Notes under the pieces: generated by a model
The model's database searches: none
What the model was told of the DNA's origin: nothing
Seen by the model: only the letters and a program-made list of their open reading frames with translations
DNA from: Balanoglossus misakiensis
Lineage: Eukaryota > Animalia > Hemichordata
Length of the DNA stretch: 64,000 nt
Direction of reading: 5' to 3'
Assembly: GCA_040954595.2 (NCBI GenBank)
Contig: CM082578.2
Coordinates: forward strand, 4,818,831-4,882,830
In this document: positions 25,801 through 38,191 of the stretch, piece by piece
How positions within the stretch are numbered: the stretch's first letter is position 1
Layout of the letters: each line of letters opens with the position of its first letter
Made by a program: the position numbers and the translations under genes

Positions 25801-27935
25801 ATTTTGACCTTATACTGGTCTATGTTCAACAAAAACCAAACCTATAGCCCTATTGGTTAGCCTGGAATTAGGTATGCACATAATTAATGAGATATGCAGG
25901 TGTCACAGGTGACCCCCCAATTTTGGCTTTTCAATTTTAGTCCCAACCCTCCAAACGCCAAGTCTGTACCTGCTCTGGATGCCGAGATATAGGAAAGTAG
26001 GTCAAAGGTCACCTGAGGTCACCCAAAATTTGGGCAAGAAATTTTGACCCTATACTGGTCCATGTCCCATAAGAACGAAACCTCTAGCCCTATTAGTTAG
26101 CCCGGAATTAGGTATGCACATAATTAATGTGTTAAGCAGGTGTTACAGGTGAGCCCAAAATTTTGCCTTTTATTTTGGCCCCATTGTGCTCACTGACCAA
26201 TAGACAGTCACTGTACAGGACTATTGCACAGACCAGAATTCCACAATAAGACGTGGACATAGCTTAACCATAGAGGTATGAGTAAAGGTATAAATTTAAT
26301 AAAAAGACTAAAAAATTCATAAAAAATAAAACATCGATGATATTAACTTAACACTTACAGGTCGATGTGAGGTTGACATAAGGTACATGCATACCAATTT
26401 TTAAAGCAATCTGACGAGTAGTTGTTGACTTTCAGAGTTTTGATAAATTTCACATTTTCCCAGCTAATTTGCATATTTTTGGGCCTGGCAACTTCGTTTG
26501 GACAAACTCCCATCTACAGCCTAGCCTGCACCTACACACCAAATATTGAGGTGATACGCGCAGCGGTTTTCAAGTTTTTGATGTGGACGGACATACAGAC
26601 ATACATCCATCCATACATCCATACATACATCCATACGCAACCGATCCCATAAGGTCCCATGGTATATATGCCTATACCAATGGGACCTAAAAATGGAACC
26701 AAGCAAAATCTGCCTCCGACACATTGCACAAATGACAAAGTTCCGAAAAAATGCACCGGGTCACACCGGGTATAAACCCTCATTTCAGCTTCATTTACAA
26801 CGATTTTCTGCCAGCAGGTGATTCAGCATGCGCAGTCACCGCTGTTGGGTTAGAGAGTGGCGGCATACCGGACTCACAGATAACAGCCAGTAGCAACTAT
26901 GATAACATCCACATGTCCTATCAAGGGAGACTGAACTACGCTGGGTCCGGATCGCATGCTTGGTGCGCCTTGCAGAATATCGCCGGACAGTGGCTGCAAG
27001 TTGACCTTGGTTACGAGAGACTAGTAACAAAAGTGGCAACCCAGGTGAGTCAATTGTCATGACTGAACAGTGACGAACGTGGGAGCTGTCTGTCTGTCTG
27101 TCTGTCCACTCTCGGTTACTCAAACCCCTCTGCCCAACGGAAGAAGCAGAGGGCTCTGGGTAACCGAGACTATCTGTCCACCAATCTTTTATGGAGGACA
27201 CTTTCCTATAAAGAGTGGCAACAGGTAATGAGTGGCGCCTTCCCCACATTCGATGAATACCACGTTACGTACTGCCACAACACATTAAAGCCTTATTTGG
27301 TATTGTGGTATTATAGGGACGCGGTGACTGCTGTGACCAATGGGTGAAGACGTTTCATTTAAGATACTATGGGGACGGTGAATGGAAATATGTTACTGAC
27401 GAAAACCACTCACCTATGGTAAGTGTTCGCGTCGTCCGCTCCATTTTAAGTGATATTACTTCGGAAAACATGTCTTCAACTTTCGTGTCGTAAAACCCAT
27501 TTCACACATCAACAGAAATTACGTTATATCGAACTTACTGACAATTTCTAAACTGTACAAGATGAAAGTAAAATCTGCTCATCCATACATCATGTTTGTG
27601 CAGGCTTTTTTGTTTTCATGTGCTTTGTGTTTCTCTTCCTGATGAAGTTATGATGGACAGATGAACATACACTTGTATAATTATTTGCGTTGGCTTGTAA
27701 CACCTGGCACCGTGACAACAGCATTACTAGAAATGACGAACGGACAAAGTTGATAAATCTCTTAAATTGAGAGTTCTTTTTCACATTCCAGACATTCCAA
27801 GGGAATTCTGATGCGGACACGATCGTCTACCACGACTTGGTCGAAAACTCGTTCACCACTCAGTACGTCCGATTTTATCCCCTGACGTGGGAGGGCCACG
27901 TTGCAATGAGAGCGGAGATCTACGCATGTGAATAG
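22825..27935 (+). CDS. Secreted C-type lectin + F5/8 type C (discoidin) domain protein, gene A, about 318 aa
   Basis: Exons 22825-22921, 23586-23738, 24371-24456, 24767-24911, 26815-27044, 27317-27418 and 27792-27935, all GT-AG and phase-consistent (957 nt). Signal peptide; long-form CTLD (CEPGW..FKDKCY, WLGAND, QPD, WND, FICEK); FA58C (GLESGGIPDSQITASS, WLQVDLG, VATQGR, VRFYPLTW, MRAEIYAC*). AATAAA at about 28090. Confidence 0.92.
25335..26690 (-). mobile_element. Non-autonomous Helentron/HINE (DINE-1/Pearl-like) insertion in an intron of gene A
   Basis: Absent from the matching intron of gene C. Contains about three 239-240 bp tandem monomers (25491, 25730, 25970), a (CATA/CATC)n microsatellite and a terminal hairpin ggtcccatggtata..tataccaatgggacc next to an A-run. 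Confidence 0.7.
27110..27172. mobile_element. Mini hairpin element ending in CTA with a 9-bp TSD
   Basis: tctcggttac..ctctg / cagag..gtaaccgagacta, flanked by tctgtccac at 27101 and 27173. Confidence 0.7.
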
Positions 27936-28285
27936 AACCACGGGATGTTGGTCTTTACTCGACAAGAAATGATCTAAGTCTTTTCTGAATATTCAAATCA
28001 AGCGTGTTTAAAAATTTACAAATACTGTCCAGAACATTTTCCCTGGTCTTTCCTAAGTCCACGGGCCCAATTCTGCTATGATAAATATAAATAAACGCCT
28101 GGCAAATTTGATAGATAACATAGCGTGAGTGAAGTGCATACGTCGAGATTGGCGTGATGAGTAAGCAATGGCAAGCCAGGCATTTTTTTAAAAGTTTCCT
28201 TTGTTATATATCGGTTGCCTGTTGAAATAATTTGACTAGAGATCTTTATTGACTATTTCATGCCACTGAGCTGTAAAAATCTTGA

Positions 28286-28420
28286 CATACATACATACAT
28301 ACATACATACATACATACATACATACATACATACATACATACATACATACATACATACATACACACATACACACATACACACACACACACATACATACAT
28401 AAATACATACATGTACATAC
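28286..28420. repeat. (CATA)n/(CA)n microsatellite between the convergent 3' ends of gene A and the pentraxin
   Basis: Direct reading. Confidence 0.95.
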
Positions 28421-28617
28421 ATGACAGCGAGACACTTTCTTATACTGTATAATTTATTGTCATAGTATGCTCTTTTATCAGTTACCATTGCGAGTTGCGA
28501 TATATCCATTACATGTACGTGTTATTGTTAAATTTCACAATAAATTTGTCATAAACCCACCACCAATAGTTAGATTCTTTTAAAGCAACGGCGGTTCATC
28601 TTTGTCTTCACATTACT

Positions 28618-29920
28618 TTAATAATAACGGCATTGACTTGTTTGGTCAGCTGAAAGATAAACAAAATATGTAATTAGAGAAAAAAGTGAAGTTTCTAAGG
28701 TACATGCATTGGTTGCCCTACTACACTATGCTAAATGTGTCATTATCATAATACCTAGATTCGCGTGCTTCTGTAACTCTCTAAGAAAGAGCGCCCTCAC
28801 AACCGGGCATTTTTTACGTATCACGCCCCAGTCTCGGTTACCCAGACACTTCTGCTTCCCGGAGCGCGGGTATGTTTATGATGGAAGTGAAGCTAAAATC
28901 AATACACCTACTGGCACAAATGTACGTAAATTTTACAACAGACATGCGCATTAGCCCACTTCCGGAATGCCAAAAAATTAGCACTTTACGAAATGGCGGA
29001 TGGAGTTTATCTGCGATATAGGGATACTAAGTATATCTTGCTCGTACGGCCGGGCTCTTCCGCCGTACAACCTCGGTCCGCAAATCCCATACCTTGGGCG
29101 GGGGGGGGGGGGGGTAAAGATTACTGATAAGACCATTTGGAAGGTCTTTCCCGTGTGATTCGAATTCAAAGTGTCAAAAAGACTTTCCAAAGTGTTATAC
29201 AGTGTTATTTGACATATTCAAACCAAGATGATGGAAGGTAATCTCTTCTTGAAAAAGTGCTTATAACAAACTTACGGCAGTCATCATCGAGTGCGTTCAC
29301 ATCTCCGCCTACGGTCACAGAGCTACCGCTGTCCGTCCACGAAAACACATTTCCAACTTTCCGATCCCCATAACGACAGTTTTGACAGATAAGAAGTAAC
29401 GTGTCGAAGCCCATGTCATAGTCGAACAGTTGTAACCTGGTGAGTTTTCCGACAAATGCTTGGTATTTTTTCTGGGAGACGACACCCAAGACATCCTGGT
29501 CCTGCCCCAGGAAGAAGACGCCGCCGCCTGGAATCGTAGTTCCTGTCGCTAGCCCAGCGCCACTTCCGATACTTTCGCCATCAACAGAAATTCCAACTTT
29601 TCCCTCCTGACTCGACCAATAGGCACACACGTGATGCCAATTCGTGTCAGCCAGATTAGTCAGCTTCGAAAGTGCAGCGTAATTCATGACGTGCAGTCTC
29701 AAGCGAGTACCATAATCTTCTTGGCGCAACATCAGATCATTGCACCAGAGCTCTCCGCTGCCGCAGTAGGAGAATAAGGCAGCCTCTTCGGTCGACTGTT
29801 GGCCCGCCGACGCAGTTTTCTGCCATATACACACTGTCATCTCCGTCATGGTAGGAACGTCTACATTAACTCTAACATCTGATTCTGTTGAAGTAAACTC
29901 GAGTGTTTTGTCGGCAGCTA

Positions 29921-29967
<47 letters not shown>

Positions 29968-30610
29968 AGAGATTACTATATAATACTAAAAGTACATGTA
30001 TTTCAAATCTTCCTGTGCGATATTTGCCTTAATTACTGTTGATTTATTCTTCAAAAAGCACAAACACGTGGGCTGCATCTGAAAATCGTACAAAGACGAA
30101 TAGGTTCGTTGAATTATATCATAACACAGAAACACATTTAGACTATACATGTATTTAGAGTAGTTTTACAAACTTACTATTTACGTTTCCCGAAGCATAC
30201 CTCTTCATAATAGTAAGCTCGGATATCTCAGCGCAATCCAGTGTAAGCAACTGAAGAAGAAATAAATGTATATAGAATTTGTAAGATTGGGGCCGGTGTT
30301 TAATTCAATCCAATAATACTTTATTCAACAACTGAGCAAGTGAATTAGCTGAAGCTAATGTACGTGAAAGGTGGAAGTGAGCTTTTGGTGACCAATCCGA
30401 CTGTGGACAGGATACGAATAGGGACCGTAACAACACACACCTACGCACACTGTCACTTACACCATCTAACCAATTCAAACCAAACTAGTCTGAGGGAATA
30501 GGCTATATCCGAAACCCCAAAAAATTATCAAGTAGAAGTGACAATTCGAATCAACTTACCTGACAGACTGCAACTGCAATCAGGAACACAACTTTCAACC
30601 CAACAGCCAT
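28618..30610 (-). CDS. Secreted short pentraxin (CRP/SAP-like), about 265 aa
   Basis: Exons 30610-30560, 30250-30178, 29917-29276 and 28649-28618, GT-AG and phase-consistent (798 nt). Signal peptide MAVGLKVVFLIAVAVCQ; TVCIW, LFSY, WHHVCAYW (pentraxin signature), VDG and GGGVFFLGQDQD. AATAAA on the minus strand at about 28458. Confidence 0.9.
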
Positions 30611-32765
30611 CGTTCTTCGTTATCGCTGGACCGATGATCTCACGGGAAGAGCAACCAGAGAATGTCTGTGAATTGTCCGTCTACTGGTCTCCCTTTATGC
30701 ATTTTTTCCTTGCTGATTCAACAGAATTCTATTTTTTTTCTATTCCTAAATTTAGCACGGTATATCAACCACTGAGTTATGCAAATGGTATAGGACATAA
30801 AAAATGCGCATACTGCCACGTGATAGAAAGCTAGTGATCAGTTGCCATACAGAATCACACGCTTAAATGAATTGTCGTAAAATATATACATTATAGGCTT
30901 CAGCAAGTAGGTACTCGTGCAGATATTTAATCAAATGCATGTGAGATGAGATAGAAATTTCAGGATATTCATATAACATTCACGCCGCCCATGATTCTTC
31001 TTCCGAAATGCTAATTGTCTACAAAGTAAATGAATATTTCAAAGCGCCGTAACTTCTCTTGTTTTTTTTTCTTTCTCAAACTTTCTAAACTATGCTAGGG
31101 AGACCTAAGTCTGGCTTTGAATCCTACAGAACTGTAGCCCGTGTATAAACTTTTGGGCTGAATGTCATAAATAGTGTGATTTCCGTAACTATGTGCCGAA
31201 TAAGACAAATTTAGTCAATTTGAGATTCCGGAACCATCAGCCAACTCACGAAATATTCACACTGTCTATAGATCTTGCATATAAAAATAGATGTTGTAGA
31301 CAACAGCGAAGTGGCATGTTAAGCTAAAAGCCTTATTTTTAAATAAAGTGGGTTTCTATTTTTGAAATATACTAAATTTATCTATTTAAGTTAACTTTAG
31401 AACCTCGACAATAATCATAAATGTGTGACATCAGTAGATTAGCTGACACCATTTTTCGCCGGACATGAAAAAAAAGATAATTTTAGAAGTTTTCCTTTCA
31501 TTAAATATGACGAAAATGCGTTTTAGAACATGTTAAGCTAAAAGCCTTATTTTTAAACAAAGTGGGTTTCTATTTTCTAAATGTATTAAAATTATCCGTT
31601 CAGAACCAATTCAATCATGTATTACGACAGTGGATTTCGCTAACGATGTAGTCACACACCGCATTCGTCGGACATAAAAAAAGTCTACATACATACATAT
31701 CACCAGCACCGCGCACCTAGCCCCCAAAAATGACACAGTTTTCAAGGTCATGTCTGCGTAGGTAAGAGAAGCCACATCATCAGCACATGTTGACGGGGAA
31801 CGATAAACATCGAAAGTAACAAAGACGCGCCACACGTCACCCGATGTAGTGCGCAAACGTTGCACAGCGCCACCACAGTGTGCTTCGTTAACAAATGCGT
31901 GAACAAAAATGTATCACTACTACCAAATAGTACATTTACATTACAATGCCAATGTACATAACAATGCCTACAAATGACATATAGGACTTCTCTGTATGTT
32001 AATTTAGAGAAATATAACGCGATATACGGCATAATATCACACTTGTTGTACTAGGTGCGTACATGTACAACAAGAGGGGGACAATTAAAGATGGCCACTT
32101 TTTGCAATATTTGGTATTTAAACCGTCAGGACCCCACAACTAATTAAAATCCAATTTTGAAATTCTGCTATAAATGTGAGAGTGACCTTTAACTATCACC
32201 ACATTCCATGCTTTAGTCAGTAGTGTTCCACAAACTGTACAATTTCACTACAACTGAATTAAAATCAGCAGCAATTTCTGTTAAGTATCAGTACATCCAC
32301 TCTGAAACAATTTATCACCACAACCACATTTCGTGCAAGGGTTTTTTGGTCAACAGTAAAACATGCAACTGGTCGAGCAGACCTTCCCCTACTAAACTTA
32401 TTTTCATATATCTCTCGGAAAAAGGCGACGAACTTTGATCAGCGGTTTAATTGGCCACATTCACCACGCCTGCTGTGTGCTACCACAGTCCCTCAAGAAA
32501 GACGTGTGTGGAGGGACTGTGGTTCTACCCACATCAAATTGCGTTCCAATTCGTGAACTTACGGAAGATTCGAAGCAGGGAAGTCTGGGACTATGCTGTA
32601 GAATCACCGAAGAAAGTTCCTCATCGTTTTCCCATAGAGGGCGACACATCACAAGGTCAGCTGATAGCCTGAGAGAATAGCCGACCTGTAGAAGAGTGCG
32701 GTGACCGTTATACTTGTATATGAAGAAATGTCGTCAACTGAAACCCATTTTCCCACTTGCTATTG

Positions 32766-34338
32766 CTAGGCGCTCCATTTAAAACACGATGGAAGTACAC
32801 TTCTAATATTAGGTCCGCCATTTTGGTCCATCATCACCACAGTTATATACATGTAGTCTGGTCCCCTGCCCCAATCCCACCTTTAGCGTAGCGCAGCCAG
32901 CGGTGGGATTGGGGCAGGGGACCAGACTACACAGTTATACATCGCCCTCAACGATACATGAAAGTCACCGTTTTGTTTCTACACAGCTCTATGGACAGAC
33001 AACCTTGCCAGTTTCAGACAGCGTATTTTTTTCGATGCATACACTTGCACCAGTGGCGCAAAATAGTTACAAGGGCGTAGGAAGCAATTCATGTTTGGAG
33101 GGGGGGGGGCAAAGTTAAGGTAACCAACATTCTGGTGGGTTTATGCAAATTAGGCACATTTTCACAAGGTGGACTCGGGTGCATGTTTTTTTTTTTTTAG
33201 GTAACTGTCTGAAATCAGTTATGAAGAAAAAACTCTCTTACAATTTGTGGTGGGTTAGGTGCCCAAATCGCGTAGATTGAATAGACTAAACGTTAAACGG
33301 TGGAAATGTAAGACTTCATGACATTCTCATTGTATCCTGTATGGCTGTATGCATGAGTGTTTGAAATGAAGCCAGTCCTCTTTCTCCCAGTTGTAGTACA
33401 CGGGAAGCTACAAATGGGTTTGCTGTAACTACCGAGTCTGGATTTGTTGCAATCTGTCATCATGGATTTCCCATGGGGTACTTTTGACAGAGTAAATCAG
33501 CCTGCACCAGTATTGGGTGACAATTAAGTAATTCAAAGTCTACACCCTTTGACATTATCGTTAGTGCTGCAATATCCTGTGTGTGAGTCAAGAGTGTTTG
33601 GTCAAATGAAAGATAGGCCCACAAGAAACTCACTGTAAAATTCAAGGCGACCAACGACATTCCATGCACAGTGTGTACTACCATCTCCAGAGCTAACTCC
33701 AGCAGGAATCATCGATTCAAATGCGTACACGCACCCTTCTCGAATATTTGCGTCATGCCGCCCATAAATATGGCGTCATCGTTTTTGAGTGAAAATTCAG
33801 TCTAAACGTTCCACTCACTGCCTGCGATAGAACCACTGAGAGAAGAATCAAAATTCTCCTACCTCAGATGAAACTTGCATCCGGACTGCTGGCCAATACT
33901 TAGCACCAAATTTCATGAATAATATTTCCATTCTGAGGGCTAGGCGCTCCATTTAAAACACGATGGAAGTACACTTCTAATATTTAGGTCCGCCATGTTG
34001 GTCCATCATCACCTCATCACCACAGTTATACATCGCCCTCAACGATACATGAAAGTCACCGTTTTGTTTCTACACAGCTCTATGCAGACAACCTTGCCAG
34101 TTTCAGACAGCGTATTTTATCGATGCATACACTTGCACCAGTGGCGCAAAATAGTTACAGGGGCGTAGGAAGCAATTCATTTTTTTTTTGGGGGGGGGGG
34201 GCAAAATTAAGGAAACCAACATTCTGGTGGTATTACGGTTGAAATAGACGATATTTTGCTGCGTGATGCACAAATGTCAGATATCACAGCTTGTTTGACA
34301 ATAACATACCGAATTTATTCAGCAACTTCTGTGGTCGC
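32766..34338. repeat. Further copies of the repeat seen at about 16270-17488 and 19150-20382 (partial plus full, head-to-tail)
   Basis: ctaggcgctccatttaaaacacgatggaagtacac...caggggcgtaggaagcaattc recurs at about 17095, 19990, 32766 and 33940. Confidence 0.9.
32854..32929. mobile_element. Internally deleted TAGTCTG...CAGACTA mini-element of the same family as 46569-47095
   Basis: TIR tagtctggtcccctgccccaatcccacc / ggtgggattggggcaggggaccagacta; cacagttata is duplicated around it; other copies of the host repeat are empty. Confidence 0.8.
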
Positions 34339-37300
34339 AAGCCATGATGTTTGCGTGACACTGAATGTGTGCAGAGTTGGGTTCAAGTCGATCATACCCG
34401 GCCATTCATTAATGTATCTGAATGAGATCATACTGGTAATATACAATGATAGCCTCAACAGTGCCTGCTGGCAGCCTTTGTTTGACAGCTTTGTCACGTG
34501 AGTGCTGGTCAGGCCCAAACCAGTGTGGAGAGAGATCCCTGGTAATATTATATTTTTTCTATTTTCAGGCCTGGTCAAAAAATATTGTTCAGGGATAAGA
34601 AGTTTGGGATGGGTGGGCAGAAAAAAGCGGTCCAAAAGTACAACACAGCTGAGAGTGCGGCCAGCATGTCCAACTTCAGACCCTCAAAACGCAGTGCAAA
34701 ACCTAAGATGCGTCATTACTTCACCTGTGTGTGTGTGTGTGTGTGTGTTGTGATGAGGTACGCCTGCAAGTGTTTTTCAGAGAGCGCTGTTATCAGATGG
34801 TGGAGGGCAGTTGAGTGTTCGATCAGTTCTGTGGTGACAACTTCCCCATAGCAAAACAGAATCTGTTTTTAGACTAGGAGTCTCCCATGAGCAAAACAAC
34901 ATGTATACTCTGCCATGCAGTCAAGCGCCCTCTGTGGTGTTGCATAGCAAGGCAAGTGGGTTCAATCCAAATGTCAAGGTAGGCTCAGTTTGGAGTCACT
35001 TGAGGCTTTCAACATTGTTTCCACAATGCTCTGTACATATGTACTTTGGTCTTTATCCCAATGTTTTAGAAGACTGTGTTTTATTCATAACAGGGTGGCA
35101 GCAAAAAAGAGAGTTGGTAAAAGCAGACGATCAGAGTTAAAAGCGAGAAGATATTATGTCAAGGGCCGTCAGCTTTGTTGAACATTTCCAGTTTTTGTAA
35201 ACCTCAAGTTGTCACTGGTGTCTGCAAGTTTTATATCACATAAAAATTACTCCTGGTAAGGGCGGACGAACACTTGGCCAAGCGCCAACCCGAAATTTAC
35301 AGTGAATATTTCAGTTTAGGTGATATCCCATCATGAGCCGAGGCAGGATTTTGCAATGTAGATCTTGTAATTCAGGCTTGAATAAAATCTTTGCCACGTC
35401 TGGCAGATGTACAGAGTTAGAAGTATCGATGGGTGCCTTGAATTATTTTCAATCTTGTTAACTCCGTGCCAGCCAGCTTGTATGTACTCGTAGTTGTCAG
35501 GTATCACATTCTTCAGTATATGCCACTAAATCCGTGGAAGTCGTTAGCAGGTAGCTAATGCGATGGCTTTTATTCTGGATTAGGAAATGATAAGACAGGT
35601 GGAGGTAACACAGAAAAATAAACAAGCACAGAGACTGTTCAGCAATTACTGTATTGGGGAAAATGCAGATCAGAACTCCGCCATGTTTGCAGCCCCCTGT
35701 GGTGTGTGGCGATTTTGGATGCGACTTCATCGCTGACGCTTACTGTAGTAGTACGTAATATAAACTGTGGGTAAATGCAAAGTAAACATGGTTTATTTAT
35801 TTTATCGCCTACATGTGTATATGGTGTTCTAGACACGCAATTAATAACTGCCCTGGCTAACTGCCGGGACATTAATGCCGAAATTGTGCAATCTGTCCAG
35901 CTGTTTGAAACAGAACGTCCATACAGGTCTGATCATATAGCGTAACCGATAGTCCCATATGTCACTGTCAGCCATCAATTCCGAACACTCTGCAGCTTTG
36001 ACACATCTTAGTATTAGTGGTAGTAGCATGATTTTCTGCACACAATATTATTTTATGGGTTTTTATGATCTTTCATCACTGAGGCATGGCTTGCTTCAAT
36101 GGTTGTAACGGTGCTTTGCTTGTTGTAAATGGTCACCGACATGGTTAAAGCCCCAATAGCTGCCGATTCTCGAATTATTTTCATTATTTTACTTTCGAAC
36201 TTGTTGGTATACACAAACATATTATCAGCCTCTTATGGCTGTACATTTAAATTTTTTAAAATGTGATATAATAAACGGGCGACGCATACGTTTATTCAAC
36301 TGCCCATTGTAGTAATAAACCACTATCGTGGTATAACGCACATGGGTATCGCCGCCAAAAAGTGTCAATCGACTAAAGATAAGGAGAGAAACTGAAATAT
36401 ATTATCGATGAAAAATATAGTAAAGTTACAGTTTCTGGGCTTTAGGCGACAAAATACATATACAACAGGGCAGGTCACTGTGTGGAGTGACTGTGGGCAG
36501 GCCTAATACCCTGACAACATTCTATAAGTGATTTATTCCCAACTTCTTAATATAATGGAAACAGTTCACTTTGTGTTGAAAAGCGAGATCCTGCTGGTTC
36601 TATTTAATGTTTTGCAAGGCACAAGACAAATATCACAAAGGTTAGACGGAAATGGTGTTTGATGTTTCCTGGTGTTTAATGTTTAGCAGGGCTCAGAAAT
36701 TAATGTTTTAATAGGCACAGAATTTAATGTTTTACTAGGCAAATAATTCATTGTTGAGTGTAGGTTTTGGATGTGACTTGCTTGCTACATGAATCCTGGA
36801 AAAAATACAAGTCGATTTTCTGTTCTGGGTTTATGTTCTTTCGCTCTGAAAGTAATTGAAATAAAAATTAAATAAAGATTGAAATAATAATAAAAAATAA
36901 TCATAAAAATAATTCTAATAAAAGCTGTATATGCATTTCAAGATCCCCGGCCCATGTGCAAGAGGGGGTTACATTAAGCAATTATATTAGTTCATCACTG
37001 AATAAATGGTGAATATGAAAACAAATTGCGAAAATAAGGGGAAAATACACAGATCTGAAGTAAAAATATTAAAAGTTTTTGCACGTGTGCTTGTCTGTGT
37101 GGGTGTTCCAATATGACTTCTTTACATAGAGATCGCACCACTGTCTAATACCTTCAACATTGCATAACGAAGATAAAATCATCATAACGAATATCTGAGC
37201 TACCAAGTTGAAGGATGTTACAAAGGCTGTTTATGATGATTTTCAACTGGCAATCAGAAAGACGAGAAAAAAACACAATTTTTGGAGGTCCACGAAAACG

Positions 37301-38191
37301 CATCATGTTTAGTGGCTGTAAACTATACATTCTCCATACCCGGGCTCTCATATTTTTTTTTTTGGAGGGGGGGGGGGTGTTCTTTGATATTACCAGAGAA
37401 CTACAATTCCTGAATCCGCCTGCTTTGTATGTATACCTCCGTTGGGCCCATGAATAAAATGACAGGAAGGCTGAAACGATAATTTACATGGACACTGCAG
37501 GGGTGACATTACAAGGGCAGGTATCGCTTTAAACAAGTCATATTTATCAATTATAGAGTTATGGGCGATTTTGACAGCTTATAATAAACCCATGCAAGGA
37601 CTGGAGTAGTTTTCATTTCAACCCGGAGCGCCGAACAGAAAGGAAACTTTCTGATCAATCAGGTATGACGATTATTTCCATACAAGAATTCAGAATGTAA
37701 TGCTTAATGAAAGTATTTTTTTCGTATTTACTGTACATATTATATGGTTTTGTTTTTATAACTTGATTTAGTGTTTAAAACATGACGACATTAACTGTAA
37801 TTGTTTTTCTTGCAATCAATTTGTGGGATGTGCGGTTTTATTGTATAACAGACGCATTTTAGTTTGGATCATGATGACTACCGAACAGTTTCTGACAAAG
37901 AATGGGAGAGTGCCCCAGATATAATCTGTCAAGCTGACACGTCTATAGGCATGTCATCTTGTGCTTGGTGCGTAACATCTTTTCGGAGACGCATTTCACA
38001 TTTATTTATCGTTGTCTCTACCGTTTAACAATATGCGTGAACTTAAGGTGGTCCACTCATTAAAGTAAATGGAAGTCCTTAGATATTGTCTGTTGATGCT
38101 TTTATGTTGATGCATTTGAATGCTGAATGCTTTGAATGGAATCTCATCAGGTCTGACGTGAACCGCTGCAGGACACTAGGGGTTGATAAAA

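Noticed and set aside
29205-29275. ORF-track C-terminus of the pentraxin (KFVISTFSRRDY...)
   Set aside because: Intron read-through; a GTAAG donor at 29275 and an in-phase terminal exon at 28649-28618 fit better.
36146-36445. Possible TTAA-flanked (Kolobok-like) MITE
   Set aside because: The terminal inverted match is short and imperfect and the right TSD is not intact.
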